NCBI GenBank assembly: GCA_002787235.1
Contig: PCWG01000035.1
Location: forward strand, 101,109-165,108
DNA from: Nitrospinae bacterium CG11_big_fil_rev_8_21_14_0_20_45_15
GTDB taxonomy: Bacteria; Nitrospinota; Nitrospinia; Nitrospinales; VA-1
DNA: 64,000 nt
Direction: 5' to 3'
Shown: in pieces, positions 52,484-62,017 of the stretch
Numbering within the stretch: position 1 is the stretch's first letter
Layout of the letters: each line of letters starts with the position of its first letter
Made by a program: the position numbers and the translations under genes
Notes under the pieces: generated by a model
Database searches by the model: none
Told to the model about the DNA's origin: nothing
Seen by the model: only the letters and a program-made list of their open reading frames with translations

Positions 52484-53261
52484 CGGGGATTTCGCCGCCG
52501 TGGATTTTTCTGCGGATTTTGTTTTGGTCGAGCGGGTGATCGTAACCCGGCAGGATGGTTCCATCGTTGGAGTAGGGTCCGATTTTGCTCCAGGTCCCGT
52601 ATTGCGTTTCCGCGACGTATTCCATTTCGAGGATGGCTTTGGGGTTTTTGTATCCGTATTTTGCAGGAACGATCAAGCGGAGCGGGAAGCCGTGTTCGTC
52701 GCTTAGTTTCTCCCCGTTCATCGCGTAGGCTAGTAGCGAGCGAGAATCGCGCAGACTGGCAAGGTCGAGAGATTCCAGATAGGTATCGCCACAGTGAAAG
52801 ACGACCGCTTTGGCAGAAGGCAAGGGACGCACGAGTTTCTCCAGTTCCGGCAGGCGGAATCCGCTCCACTCTGCTTTTGCCGACCAGCATTCGACGCATT
52901 TGAGCCGCGAGACCTGAGACTCGGCGGGTAGGTTCCGCAATTGTTGCAATGTGAATTGTGTGGGTTGTTCGCACAGACCCGAAACCTTGAGGCTCCAGTT
53001 TTCCGCCCGAATCCGGCGCATGGGTTTGAAGAAATTGATGTAGAACTTATCAAATTCACCCTGACGCGTTTTGCCGACAAATTCCGTGCCGGTAAAAAAA
53101 TCGGTCTGCGCCGAGGATCGGCGCGGAGTGAGGAAGAGAGCTGTCAACAGTCCCATGCACTTGAAAACCGCATTGACCAGAAAAGACCGGCGACTGCTCA
53201 GCCCTTTTCCACCCAACTTTTTTAGAGCTTTTGTTTCTTGGGGGTCAAATCTTGTTTTCAT
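52464..53261 (-). CDS. Molybdopterin-dependent oxidoreductase (MsrP/SUOX-like), Tat substrate
   Basis: SRRSFL twin-arginine motif; CVECWS Mo-ligand Cys; HGFPLRLIVPAKYGYKNPK; the start is uncertain because it overlaps the RAYT TIR. Confidence 0.88.
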   Translation of the reverse strand: MKTRFDPQETKALKKLGGKGLSSRRSFLVNAVFKCMGLLTALFLTPRRSSAQTDFFTGTEFVGKTRQGEFDKFYINFFKPMRRIRAENWSLKVSGLCEQPTQFTLQQLRNLPAESQVSRLKCVECWSAKAEWSGFRLPELEKLVRPLPSAKAVVFHCGDTYLESLDLASLRDSRSLLAYAMNGEKLSDEHGFPLRLIVPAKYGYKNPKAILEMEYVAETQYGTWSKIGPYSNDGTILPGYDHPLDQNKIRRKIHGGEIPDGPSPL

Positions 53262-54327
53262 AGAATTGTGACGTCTTTTAAAGTTCCGATTTTATTTTAT
53301 CCAGCATTTTTCTCAATTTCGGGTCCGCTTCCAGTTCCCGGTTCAAGCGGCTGATGGCGGCAGAAACGCCGGAGTAGCTGATACCACCGAATTGTTTGGC
53401 GATGTCTTCGAGACGATGGCCGCCCGGTGCCCGGCACAGGCTGATCGCGATGGTGCGTTCCTGATTGCGGATTCCGCGCACGCTGTGGCGCAGGTCTTTG
53501 GGCGTTACTCCAAAAAATTCCGCACAACACTGGAGGATGCGTTTGATGGTCGGTGGTTTTTTGATGCGTTTGGCGCCGGCGATCTCGGGGCTCAATTTTT
53601 CCGATTCGACGAATTTGGATATTTTCTCTATGAATGCCTCATCTCCCAGCAAAGGGGATTGCCGGCTCTTGGAGTAGAATTCGGCGGTTTCATCGTCCAC
53701 ACCTTCATCAACGTATTTTTTGTAACGCGCTTTTGTGTTTGATTTCCCGATCATGCCCAGAATGAATTTGGTTTCCAGTTCGTTCCCGGCAGAAGCTTTT
53801 CCGGTGTAGGCGGGAAGGCTGGACCACAGGAGGCTGTCACTTTTCTGGGACAGGTTGGAGTCGAGCAAATTCCGGTGAATGTAGCGACTGACCTGGAGCA
53901 GGTAGTTGTCGCTGTCCACGAGGATGGATTTGTATCTGCCTCTGAAAAGAGGTCCATCGGTTCCCACTAAACGATTGAAGCGTTGCGTGTACACGCCGTT
54001 CAGATGCCGCAAGGCCCGCGCCAGTGTGGCTTGTGGGGAGCGAATGAGCAGATGATAGTGATTGTTCATCAGGCAATAGGCGTGAATTTCGACATCAAAG
54101 ATCACGCGGACTTCGCCCAACAGCTTGATGAAAATTTCACGTTGATTGTCGTTTCTGAAGATCGCTTTTTTGCCAGCTCCACGGCCCATGACGTGGTGCC
54201 ATGCTCCGGGGTAGTCTATTCTGAGGGGTCTTGACATGATGTATTGATTTCTATGGATGAGGTGAGTGAATAAATGACCTGTATGGAATCATACCTTTGG
54301 ATTATAAAATAATCAAGATTTGACCCC
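53241..54327 (-). mobile_element. RAYT-like Y1 transposase element bounded by 14-bp perfect terminal inverted repeats (TIRYT / group 2 RAYT-like)
   Basis: GGGGTCAAATCTTG at 53241-53254 and CAAGATTTGACCCC at 54314-54327 flank a single Y1 gene. Confidence 0.8.
53278..54237 (-). CDS. REP-associated tyrosine (HUH/Y1) transposase with C-terminal DnaA-C-like HTH
   Basis: MSRPLR..YPGAWHHVMGRG, AYCLMNNHYH (HUH), LFRGRYKS and YIHRN; C-terminal LEDIAKQFGGISYSGV HTH. Confidence 0.9.
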   Translation of the reverse strand: MSRPLRIDYPGAWHHVMGRGAGKKAIFRNDNQREIFIKLLGEVRVIFDVEIHAYCLMNNHYHLLIRSPQATLARALRHLNGVYTQRFNRLVGTDGPLFRGRYKSILVDSDNYLLQVSRYIHRNLLDSNLSQKSDSLLWSSLPAYTGKASAGNELETKFILGMIGKSNTKARYKKYVDEGVDDETAEFYSKSRQSPLLGDEAFIEKISKFVESEKLSPEIAGAKRIKKPPTIKRILQCCAEFFGVTPKDLRHSVRGIRNQERTIAISLCRAPGGHRLEDIAKQFGGISYSGVSAAISRLNRELEADPKLRKMLDKIKSEL

Positions 54328-54346
54328 ATTATTTTTACAATCGCAT

Positions 54347-54994
54347 TCACTTTGCACACCGGAAGCCAATGAAAGGCAATTTTTTGTTGATCGGTGCAAA
54401 ACTATACTCATAGGTTTTGCTGTATTCATAATCGAGGTGAAAATTCCACAATCCGCCACGGGTCACCGCCTTTCCTTTTGTGACATCAGCGGTCCATTCC
54501 CACACCGATCCCGCCATATCGCGAACGCCGTAGGGCGATCGGTCTTTTTTGTTGAGTCCGACATTGCGTTTGATCAGCCCTGAAAAATACGGATGTGCTT
54601 TTTCGGATAGTACCTTGTTTCCCCAGGGGTATGCGCGGGCATCCACTCCGCGCGCTGATTTTTCCCATTCCGCAGAAGTTGGCAATCGTTTGCCTGTTTT
54701 TTCGCAGTAGCTTTGCGCTTCCTGCCAGGTCACCGAGGTCACGGGATGCCGCTCTGCCCCTTTCGGATAGGGATGGTTGGGAACGATCCGGCTATATTCC
54801 GCATTGCTCGTTTCGAATCGGTCGATATAAAAGGTCGGCAGGTCGATGCTTTGATTGGTATCCTGTTCGCCTGCGGAAGAAGGTCCCATGATAAAAATTC
54901 CGCCCGGAATTTTTATCATCTCCGCGACGGGGCGACTCGCAACCGTGGTTGCCCAGATGCAGATCAGTAATATGATAAAACGGCTGGTTTTCAT
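54347..54994 (-). CDS. Formylglycine-generating enzyme (SUMF1/EgtB/PvdO) family protein
   Basis: IPGGIFIMG, PVTSVTWQEA, RLPTSAEWEKSARG, DMAGSVWEW and IGFRC. Confidence 0.9.
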   Translation of the reverse strand: MKTSRFIILLICIWATTVASRPVAEMIKIPGGIFIMGPSSAGEQDTNQSIDLPTFYIDRFETSNAEYSRIVPNHPYPKGAERHPVTSVTWQEAQSYCEKTGKRLPTSAEWEKSARGVDARAYPWGNKVLSEKAHPYFSGLIKRNVGLNKKDRSPYGVRDMAGSVWEWTADVTKGKAVTRGGLWNFHLDYEYSKTYEYSFAPINKKLPFIGFRCAK

Positions 54995-55062
54995 GATCGA
55001 ATAAAATGATAATAGAAAACAGGCAGGAATTCAGAATTTAAATTTACGCTGGGTGGAGTGCA

Positions 55063-55893
55063 ATGTTTGCAGAATTGGGAAATCTTTCGCGGTCGGCAAA
55101 ATGGGGAGCGGTGTTTGTTTTGCTGATTTCAGCCGCCGCTATTCTGGCTCCCTTGATCGCGCCCTATTCTTACGAAACGCAGGACACGGCGAATGTTTTA
55201 GCTTCGCCCGGTGTTGAGCATTGGATGGGATCGGACCGCCTGGGTCGCGATTTGTATTCACGCATTTTGTACGGCGCGCGCGTTTCCCTTTCCATTGGGA
55301 TTTTCACCACCGCATTGGCCTTGTTGATCGGCACGGTTTACGGTGCTGTTTCGGGTTACATAGGCGGGCGGGTGGATCAGGCGATGATGCGGATTGTGGA
55401 TGTTGTTTTTTCACTTCCTGACCTGCTGATGATTATTCTCATCACCGTTGTTATGGGCAGAGGCATGATGGGGATTTTTCTGGCCCTCACCTTAGTCAGT
55501 TGGGTCTCGGTCGCACGTCTGGTACGCGGGGAAGTTTTGCGTATCAAAGAGTTCCCCTTTATCGAGGCCGCCAGAGCTTTGGGAGCCAGCCATTTTCGAA
55601 TTGTTTTCCGGGAGATTTTACCCAATATGGTTGGCTTGTTGATGGTTACTTTGAGTTTCCGCATCCCATCCGCGATTTTGGCGGAATCCACGATCAGCTT
55701 CATTGGGCTGGGAATTTCGCCCCCCGACAGCAGTTGGGGAACATTGGCAAACGATGGTTGGAAAGCGATAAAATTTTACCCGCACTTGATTTTTTTTCCA
55801 TCACTCGCTATTTTTTTAACGATTCTGGCATTCAATTTTCTGGGTGAGGGCCTCAGAGATTATCTCGACCCTAAAAGCCGCCTGCGCCAGTAG
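55063..55893 (+). CDS. oppC: Peptide ABC transporter permease (OppC/DppC)
   Basis: HWMGSDRLGRDLYSRILYGARVSL, FIEAARALGAS and SFIGLG. Confidence 0.93.
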   Translation: MFAELGNLSRSAKWGAVFVLLISAAAILAPLIAPYSYETQDTANVLASPGVEHWMGSDRLGRDLYSRILYGARVSLSIGIFTTALALLIGTVYGAVSGYIGGRVDQAMMRIVDVVFSLPDLLMIILITVVMGRGMMGIFLALTLVSWVSVARLVRGEVLRIKEFPFIEAARALGASHFRIVFREILPNMVGLLMVTLSFRIPSAILAESTISFIGLGISPPDSSWGTLANDGWKAIKFYPHLIFFPSLAIFLTILAFNFLGEGLRDYLDPKSRLRQ

Positions 55894-56105
55894 ACAATGA
55901 GATAAAATCGGCTTCTTAAGATTTGCTCATTATTTTTAAATCGGTTAGAATATTTATGAGGGGGTAAACCTCTGTTCGTTTAAAATTCCCGTTTATTATT
56001 CAGTCCATGCTCCGGGGATTTTGATAGAATCGCAGATTGACATGAGCTTCTTTTCGTTATAAATTTACCGTCTTTAAAAGACGTTGTTGAATAAAGGTTT
56101 CTGTA

Positions 56106-56387
56106 GTGGAGCAGATCAAAACAGATTTGATCTCGGAAGTAATAAGGTTATCACAAACTAATTTCCTGAATCGCGAGCGTGCGAATTTCGAAAATGGTTT
56201 GGCTGATGATGCTGTGCTTGCCTGGATTCAGGGAAATGCCAAAAGCTACCGGGAAGGTTGGACCGACAAGTTGGAGAGTTACCCGATGGCTGAGTTGGGA
56301 AATCTATTGAAGCAACTTTCCTCCTCCGATCAGGATTTGGAAGAATTATTACATTTTAAATTGGACAGGGTTGAATCAAAACTCTGA
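56106..56387 (+). CDS. Hypothetical protein
   Basis: 93-aa ORF that fills the intergenic space and has helical composition. Confidence 0.55.
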   Translation: MEQIKTDLISEVIRLSQTNFLNRERANFENGLADDAVLAWIQGNAKSYREGWTDKLESYPMAELGNLLKQLSSSDQDLEELLHFKLDRVESKL

Positions 56388-56423
56388 TTTTAAGAACTTT
56401 TTTGATAAAGCGAATATTGAACG

Positions 56424-57005
56424 ATGGGCGATACTCCTGAAGAAAAAGAAACCGTTCCAGCTGAACAGCCTGCTGAAACTGCTGAGGTGAAACCCAAAGT
56501 GGCTCCGAAAGCCGCTCCTGCAAAAGAAGCTGGTGAAGCTGGCGAAGAAAAACCCAAACCCGCTCCAAAGGCGGCCCCTGCAAAGGCTGAGGAATTGCCC
56601 TGGATAGACAATGGCAATGGGACGATCACCGACCCCAATACGGGATGGATGTGGAAACAATCCGACGCCTGGGTAGACACTCACAAGTTTTATCTTTGGA
56701 AAGATCATAAGGAATATGTCGATGCCGTCAACGCTGAAAAGTTTGCCGGATATGACGACTGGGCCATCCCCAGCAAAGCGCAGGCAATGGTACTTTTCGA
56801 CAAAAACAAGAAGAAGAAATGCCTTGATAAAAACAGCAATCCTTATCACATAGATCCTTTATTTACAGCGGGTGGTGCTGCCAGCACCTGGATCACGGAA
56901 TGCTCGGACGAGCAGATCATTCGTTTTGATCTTGTCTGCGGAGTCGATACCCCCTATCCCGGACAGGATGTGTTTTCTTCAATGAGATTGGTCCGCAAAG
57001 CCTGA
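56424..57005 (+). CDS. DUF1566 (Lcl C-terminal) domain protein with low-complexity N-terminus
   Basis: DNGNGTITDPNTGWMW and FAGYDDWAIP; Pro/Ala/Glu/Lys-rich N-terminus. Confidence 0.85.
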   Translation: MGDTPEEKETVPAEQPAETAEVKPKVAPKAAPAKEAGEAGEEKPKPAPKAAPAKAEELPWIDNGNGTITDPNTGWMWKQSDAWVDTHKFYLWKDHKEYVDAVNAEKFAGYDDWAIPSKAQAMVLFDKNKKKKCLDKNSNPYHIDPLFTAGGAASTWITECSDEQIIRFDLVCGVDTPYPGQDVFSSMRLVRKA

Positions 57006-57098
57006 CCTGCACAGAACCGCCGAGAATGCGGATCAACTGAATTCTACTATATAAAAGGGAAGCGATTGAAAAATCGCTTCCCTTTTTGTTTTTACCTT

Positions 57099-57662
57099 CT
57101 ACTCTACCCGCTTCAAGGTATTCTTATCCCTGTGGTGGAAAATTTCGGACTGTCCTTTTATCTGAAGTTGAACATCTTCTTCGTAAGAAAAACTTTCAGC
57201 ATCGTGCAAAGTAACCATCAGTTCATAGCGAACAGTTTTGAATTCCCTGTCCAGAAAAGGATTGGAACAAATCCCATAGGTCTGCGATCCCAGATCCGCC
57301 GACAATTCAAAAGCAGTGGCCGAGGGTTCCACGGTTCCCCCGGCAATAATGGTGACCCCTCGCGGAACCATAAAACACCGAAACACTTGTTTTTCAGTTG
57401 CATCCCATAGCCAATAGCCCAACTCTTCATGAAAAGGTTGATCTTGCCCTGAGGGCCACGCGGTGGTCGAATATCGCAAACCATACAATCTCTGTTCGTG
57501 ATTGTCGACCGGGCCCATGGGTGTGAAAACCATGCGTTCGCGAAAGGGAGTGATTTCCGCTTCCCGGCTCTTTGAAGGTGCCGTGTCTTTGCCTTTTTCC
57601 CCTTCCCAGATTCCTGCCAAAAGTCGCAATGGACCCAGATTTTTTATAATGTCATCCGTCAT
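57099..57662 (-). CDS. FABP/nitrobindin-like beta-barrel protein (DUF1794)
   Basis: LGPLRLLAGIWEG, PFHEELGYWLW and HHRDKNTL. Confidence 0.8.
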   Translation of the reverse strand: MTDDIIKNLGPLRLLAGIWEGEKGKDTAPSKSREAEITPFRERMVFTPMGPVDNHEQRLYGLRYSTTAWPSGQDQPFHEELGYWLWDATEKQVFRCFMVPRGVTIIAGGTVEPSATAFELSADLGSQTYGICSNPFLDREFKTVRYELMVTLHDAESFSYEEDVQLQIKGQSEIFHHRDKNTLKRVE

Positions 57663-57703
57663 GGGTTTTCCTTTCTGCTATGGATCTTACAGTTTGAAAA
57701 ATT

Positions 57704-58096
57704 TTAACGTTTTGTTGATTTACCTGCATCGGGTACGTTTTTTCCAGGGTTTCGCTTCAACTCACTTGAGGTCTTGGTACCCTCTTCTTTCAGCCAAACC
57801 CGTAGAGCATTGGCGGTTTGAGCAGGATCCTTGCGGGTTTTTCGGATAATATTTTCGCGCAGTACCATTCCCAAAAGGGAAGGTTTGAGCTGTTTGTTTT
57901 TTTTCAGGAGATCTTCGATGGATGATTTGTCTGCCTTCGGAGGGACTGTCGACAGGGCTTGGGGCGGGGATTTGGGTTGAACTTTGGGAACCCCTTTTGC
58001 TATTTTTTTGGGTGGTTTTTTCCGCGAAGCACCGTAGAACAACACCGCAGACAAAAAAGCACCCAGCACAAGGAGAAAAGGGATAAAATCTTTCAT
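57704..58096 (-). CDS. Single-TM hypothetical protein with FliF C-terminal-like motif
   Basis: N-terminal TM, Pro/Lys linker, and IIRKTRKDPAQTANALRVWLKEE. Confidence 0.5.
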   Translation of the reverse strand: MKDFIPFLLVLGAFLSAVLFYGASRKKPPKKIAKGVPKVQPKSPPQALSTVPPKADKSSIEDLLKKNKQLKPSLLGMVLRENIIRKTRKDPAQTANALRVWLKEEGTKTSSELKRNPGKNVPDAGKSTKR

Positions 58097-59013
58097 GGCG
58101 TATCAACCCGGAAGCGCACCACAAAGTCCCCGCGTTTTTGGCCCCAGAGAATGGCACTTCCCTGACCGGGAATACGGTATTCTTCTCCTGTCAACGTGCC
58201 CTCTTCAACAAATATAGTGCGCTTGGAGTCCAGCGTTTCAACCTCTAGCGATCCACCATGCTCTGCCAGCTCATGGGAAATTTCAACATCGGCATAGATA
58301 TCATTTTTTACGCGTTTGAATCGCGGGTGTGGCATCGCGCAGACTTTGATCAACAAATTGCCAGGCGGGCCGCCATTTTTTCCATCACCACCTTTATGCT
58401 CAATCCGTATCGTGTATTGATCTGCGACTCCCGGTGGGATTTTAATTTCAATCGTAACAGATTTGACGACCTGTTTTTTTCCTTTGCAATGACTGCAATC
58501 TTTTCCTTCATCCTGCCCTGAGCCTGCACAATATGCGCAGTTGACGTATTTATCATAACTGTAGGGAATCTTGCCGCCAAGAGCCATCACCGGCAAAGGA
58601 ACATCTACCATAAACTGTAAATCGAAACCGGAGGTTGGAGCATTGGGGTCGGGACGAAATTCTTCTGCGGGTGGCGGTGTTCCATCTGCCCGAAAGGGTC
58701 CTTCTCGACGAGAGGAGCGAGAGCGTTGGTCTCCGCCAAATCCATAACCTCCGAAACCTGAATGGTTTGAACCACCACTGGATTTGCTTGAGGAAGAAGA
58801 ATAGGCACGTTGACGTTCGTATTCGGCACGCTTCTTTTTGTTGCTCAGCGTTTCGTACGCTTCGGCGATGATCTTGAACTGATCTTCCGCTTTTTTACTA
58901 TTGTTATTGGTATCCGGGTGATACTTCAAGGCAAGAGCCCGGTATTTTTTTTTAATCTCGTCTTTGCCAGCGTCTGGTTGAACACCCAGTATTTTATAAT
59001 AATTTCGAACCAT
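58093..59013 (-). CDS. DnaJ/CbpA-like co-chaperone
   Basis: J domain with HPD, Gly/Ser-rich linker, two CxxC motifs and a DnaJ C-terminal domain. Confidence 0.88.
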   Translation of the reverse strand: MVRNYYKILGVQPDAGKDEIKKKYRALALKYHPDTNNNSKKAEDQFKIIAEAYETLSNKKKRAEYERQRAYSSSSSKSSGGSNHSGFGGYGFGGDQRSRSSRREGPFRADGTPPPAEEFRPDPNAPTSGFDLQFMVDVPLPVMALGGKIPYSYDKYVNCAYCAGSGQDEGKDCSHCKGKKQVVKSVTIEIKIPPGVADQYTIRIEHKGGDGKNGGPPGNLLIKVCAMPHPRFKRVKNDIYADVEISHELAEHGGSLEVETLDSKRTIFVEEGTLTGEEYRIPGQGSAILWGQKRGDFVVRFRVDTP

Positions 59014-59025
59014 GAAAAGGAAGCT

Positions 59026-59754
59026 TTATTTTAAGGACGCTGATGAATGCGAAACACCTGTCTCACTTAATGAATCTATTATTTTATCCCGGTCGTGCCG
59101 GCTTTTAAACGGATAAAAGCGATCTTTGAACTTGAAGTCCAGTATTTTTGAATTGAACGGACCTTTTTCAGCTCTGGGAATGAGGCGAATCGTGTCCGAA
59201 CTGCGCTTGATAATTTCCGTCAAATCGCACGAACGGTAACGATACTCACCCAAAACTCCCTTAAAAACAAATTTATTACCTTCACTATACAAAAATCCCG
59301 CATCGAAAAAAACAGGAACATACATCCTGCCAAAAACATAATTGCTTTTACTCCCCTCGCATACGACAAATGCAGAAGGAGAAACAACCGGCACTTCCAA
59401 ATCAAAAAACCTCAAAACCGCAAGCCGGTAAAAATATTGCGAATAGTCAAACCATCGTAACGAAATAAAAAAGCAAAACACAAAGTTAAATAAAAATAAG
59501 TAACGATTTTCCAAAATAAGAAAATGGACTATCACTGATAAAATAGAAGCGGTTGCCACACTCATTAAGAAATTAAAGAGCACTGAAATGACACGAATTT
59601 TGAGAAGTAATTTCCCCGCAGAAGGTTGATGGCTCCACAACTCAACCGCCCGTGCAATGCAGGCCACCGTCCAGATTCCCAAAACACATGCCAGAGCCGC
59701 CCGGGGCAGGATGAAAAAAAACAAAACGAATAGAATGAAAAGAATCTCAAGCAT
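59026..59754 (-). CDS. Hypothetical membrane protein
   Basis: Several N-terminal TM helices and a soluble C-terminus; co-oriented with the dnaJ-like gene. Confidence 0.6.
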   Translation of the reverse strand: MLEILFILFVLFFFILPRAALACVLGIWTVACIARAVELWSHQPSAGKLLLKIRVISVLFNFLMSVATASILSVIVHFLILENRYLFLFNFVFCFFISLRWFDYSQYFYRLAVLRFFDLEVPVVSPSAFVVCEGSKSNYVFGRMYVPVFFDAGFLYSEGNKFVFKGVLGEYRYRSCDLTEIIKRSSDTIRLIPRAEKGPFNSKILDFKFKDRFYPFKSRHDRDKIIDSLSETGVSHSSASLK

Positions 59755-59878
59755 AAGTGATTCTACGTTTTTATTACCCTCATTCCAATGGCAGAAGATT
59801 ACAATTATTTTTTAAAATCGTGTATAATTCAGTCATCTATTACTTTCAATAATCCCTTAATAATTAAGAGGTTAGTTC

Positions 59879-60418
59879 TTGAATTTCAAACTTCCAGAGG
59901 TTCTTGAAAAGCAAAATCTGTATCGCTTGCTGGGTGTGGAAAATTTCGCGGATACTAAAGATATCAAGCGCGGGTTTTGCGAGATGGCCTTGAAGTTTCA
60001 CCCCGACCGTTGCCCGGACTCCCCAGAGCTTGAGCAGAGATTCATCATGATCGCCCTGGCTTACAAGATTTTGATCGATCCTCAAAAAAGACGAATATAC
60101 AATCGGACTCTTCCCGCCAAGCGCGGGACAAGTGTCATGTTTGGCCGCAAAGAATTTTTGCATCAACGCAAGAAATCTCCCAAACGTTTTTACTCCCAAC
60201 AAGCTCACTGCGATCACGATTACAGTCGCTTTGTGACCGAATGCCGGGAAAACTTTTTCAAATTCCTTCAAAATCCGGGAGAAATAAAAATACCTCCCAA
60301 GGTTTATAATAAAGGTGATATGAAGGAGGATGAGTTTGAGGATTTTGTTGAAGATTGCAGGGACGACTTTCAAAACTTTTTGCGAACCGTTCCGCAAATT
60401 AAAAAATACCCTCTGTGA
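59879..60418 (+). CDS. J-domain protein
   Basis: NLYRLLGV...KFHPD...AYKILIDPQKRRIYN. Confidence 0.85.
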   Translation: MNFKLPEVLEKQNLYRLLGVENFADTKDIKRGFCEMALKFHPDRCPDSPELEQRFIMIALAYKILIDPQKRRIYNRTLPAKRGTSVMFGRKEFLHQRKKSPKRFYSQQAHCDHDYSRFVTECRENFFKFLQNPGEIKIPPKVYNKGDMKEDEFEDFVEDCRDDFQNFLRTVPQIKKYPL

Positions 60419-60433
60419 CAGCATTGAGACTCA

Positions 60434-61012
60434 ATGATGTTTTATAAAAATACCGCGACAAAAATCAATTCGCTCCGTATGCGACGTATTTTCTATGTGC
60501 TGTTTCTTGTCTGCCTGTCCGCCTGCACGCATCCCATATCCGAAAAGTTTCGGTCGGAAGTCGATACGAACGTGACTTTTGAGCAGGTGTTGGATTCCCC
60601 CGATCAATACATCGGACACCATTTTTTATGGGGAGGGGCCATTGCAGAAACACGCAATTTGAAGAACGGAACAGAAGTGGAAATGGTTCAAAAAGAGTTG
60701 GACCTTCTTGGCTATCCCGATCGCGGCGATAAAACCAGCGGAAGGTTCATCCTTTTCACCAAAGAATATTTAGAGCCAACGATCTATAGCCAAGGTCGAT
60801 ACCTCGTCGGCGTAGGCATTTTGCGCGAAGTCAGAAATGGTCGTGTCGGCGAAATGGAGCAACTTTTCCCCGTTCTCGATTTGGAAGAACACCATTTGTG
60901 GGAAAACTACGATTCGATACCTTACCCTTCTTACCTTTACTCTTTCCCGCCCTATTGGGATCCCTTTTACCATACCTTCAGGCAGTCGCCCTATTCTGCA
61001 CGCTATTGGTGA
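60434..61012 (+). CDS. Slp-family outer-membrane lipoprotein
   Basis: Lipobox LSAC; WGGAI; GRFI; YLEPTIY..GR; Pro/Tyr-rich tail. Confidence 0.88.
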   Translation: MMFYKNTATKINSLRMRRIFYVLFLVCLSACTHPISEKFRSEVDTNVTFEQVLDSPDQYIGHHFLWGGAIAETRNLKNGTEVEMVQKELDLLGYPDRGDKTSGRFILFTKEYLEPTIYSQGRYLVGVGILREVRNGRVGEMEQLFPVLDLEEHHLWENYDSIPYPSYLYSFPPYWDPFYHTFRQSPYSARYW

Positions 61013-61032
61013 GCGCGCAGAACGTGTTTGAA

Positions 61033-61833
61033 TCATTTTTTCAGGGATGTTTCACCCGAAGAAAAGGACAAGGTTTTATTTTCACCTGTCTCAAGCAAAA
61101 GATTGCCCTGATCGTCGAGACCCAATGCTTTGCCACTGTACGTAGAAGTTCCTTGCGACAAAATAATATCCTTCCCGAACATTTCACAATGACTTTTCCA
61201 CTGCTCTAGCACCTGCTCAAACTTTTCAGCGAGCAGTAAAGTCAGTAGATTTTCCATTTCTTCCAGAAAGGCTGAAATCAGAATATTTCGATTCTGGGGA
61301 ACTCCCGTTTCAATGTCCAGCGAAGTGGCCACATCCGCCAGTCCCGCCCTTTCAAAATGCCCCTGATTGTGGTGCACATTGATCCCAATCCCCACGATGA
61401 TTCCGTAACTATCGGGATCGGGACAATAAAATTCGCTCAAGACTCCACAGATTTTTTTCCCATTCAACAAAACGTCATTGGGCCATTTCAACTTCGCCTG
61501 CACCCCGCACACTTCGTTGATCGCCAAAACCGCCGCAAGTGCAGGCAAGAGGGAAATCTTTGGACAGTCTTCTTTAGCCAAATCCGGACGCAGAAGGATG
61601 GATAGATAGATGCCAGCTCCCGGCGTTGACAACCAGGAACGACCAAAACGTCCGCGCCCCACACTCTGCGTATTGGCAATGAATACCGACCCGTGCTTTG
61701 CGCCATCCACAAAAGCACGCTCAGCACATAAATTAGTAGAATCAGTGGATTCAAAAAAATAAACTTCTCTACCAAGCTCGGCCTGGTTTCGCATATTTTC
61801 TATAAATGGTGGATCAATATCAGAAAATGTCAT
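61033..61833 (-). CDS. birA: Biotin--acetyl-CoA carboxylase ligase (no HTH)
   Basis: STDSTN, QSVGRGRFGRSW, KWPND, KKICGVL and GIGIN. Confidence 0.93.
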   Translation of the reverse strand: MTFSDIDPPFIENMRNQAELGREVYFFESTDSTNLCAERAFVDGAKHGSVFIANTQSVGRGRFGRSWLSTPGAGIYLSILLRPDLAKEDCPKISLLPALAAVLAINEVCGVQAKLKWPNDVLLNGKKICGVLSEFYCPDPDSYGIIVGIGINVHHNQGHFERAGLADVATSLDIETGVPQNRNILISAFLEEMENLLTLLLAEKFEQVLEQWKSHCEMFGKDIILSQGTSTYSGKALGLDDQGNLLLETGENKTLSFSSGETSLKK

Positions 61834-62017
61834 AATATTTTAAAGTTTGAAATAGAGGGACTTATTGTGATTTCATACGTCAATTACCTGTCTCCTATTA
61901 ATTTAACATAAAAAAAGATTGAAATATTCTGTAATTACTGATAAAACGCATTGTCCAAAAATAAATATGGGCCTCAGGCTGAACCGGTTATGGAATTTTA
62001 AATAAGGAGAGTTTTGG

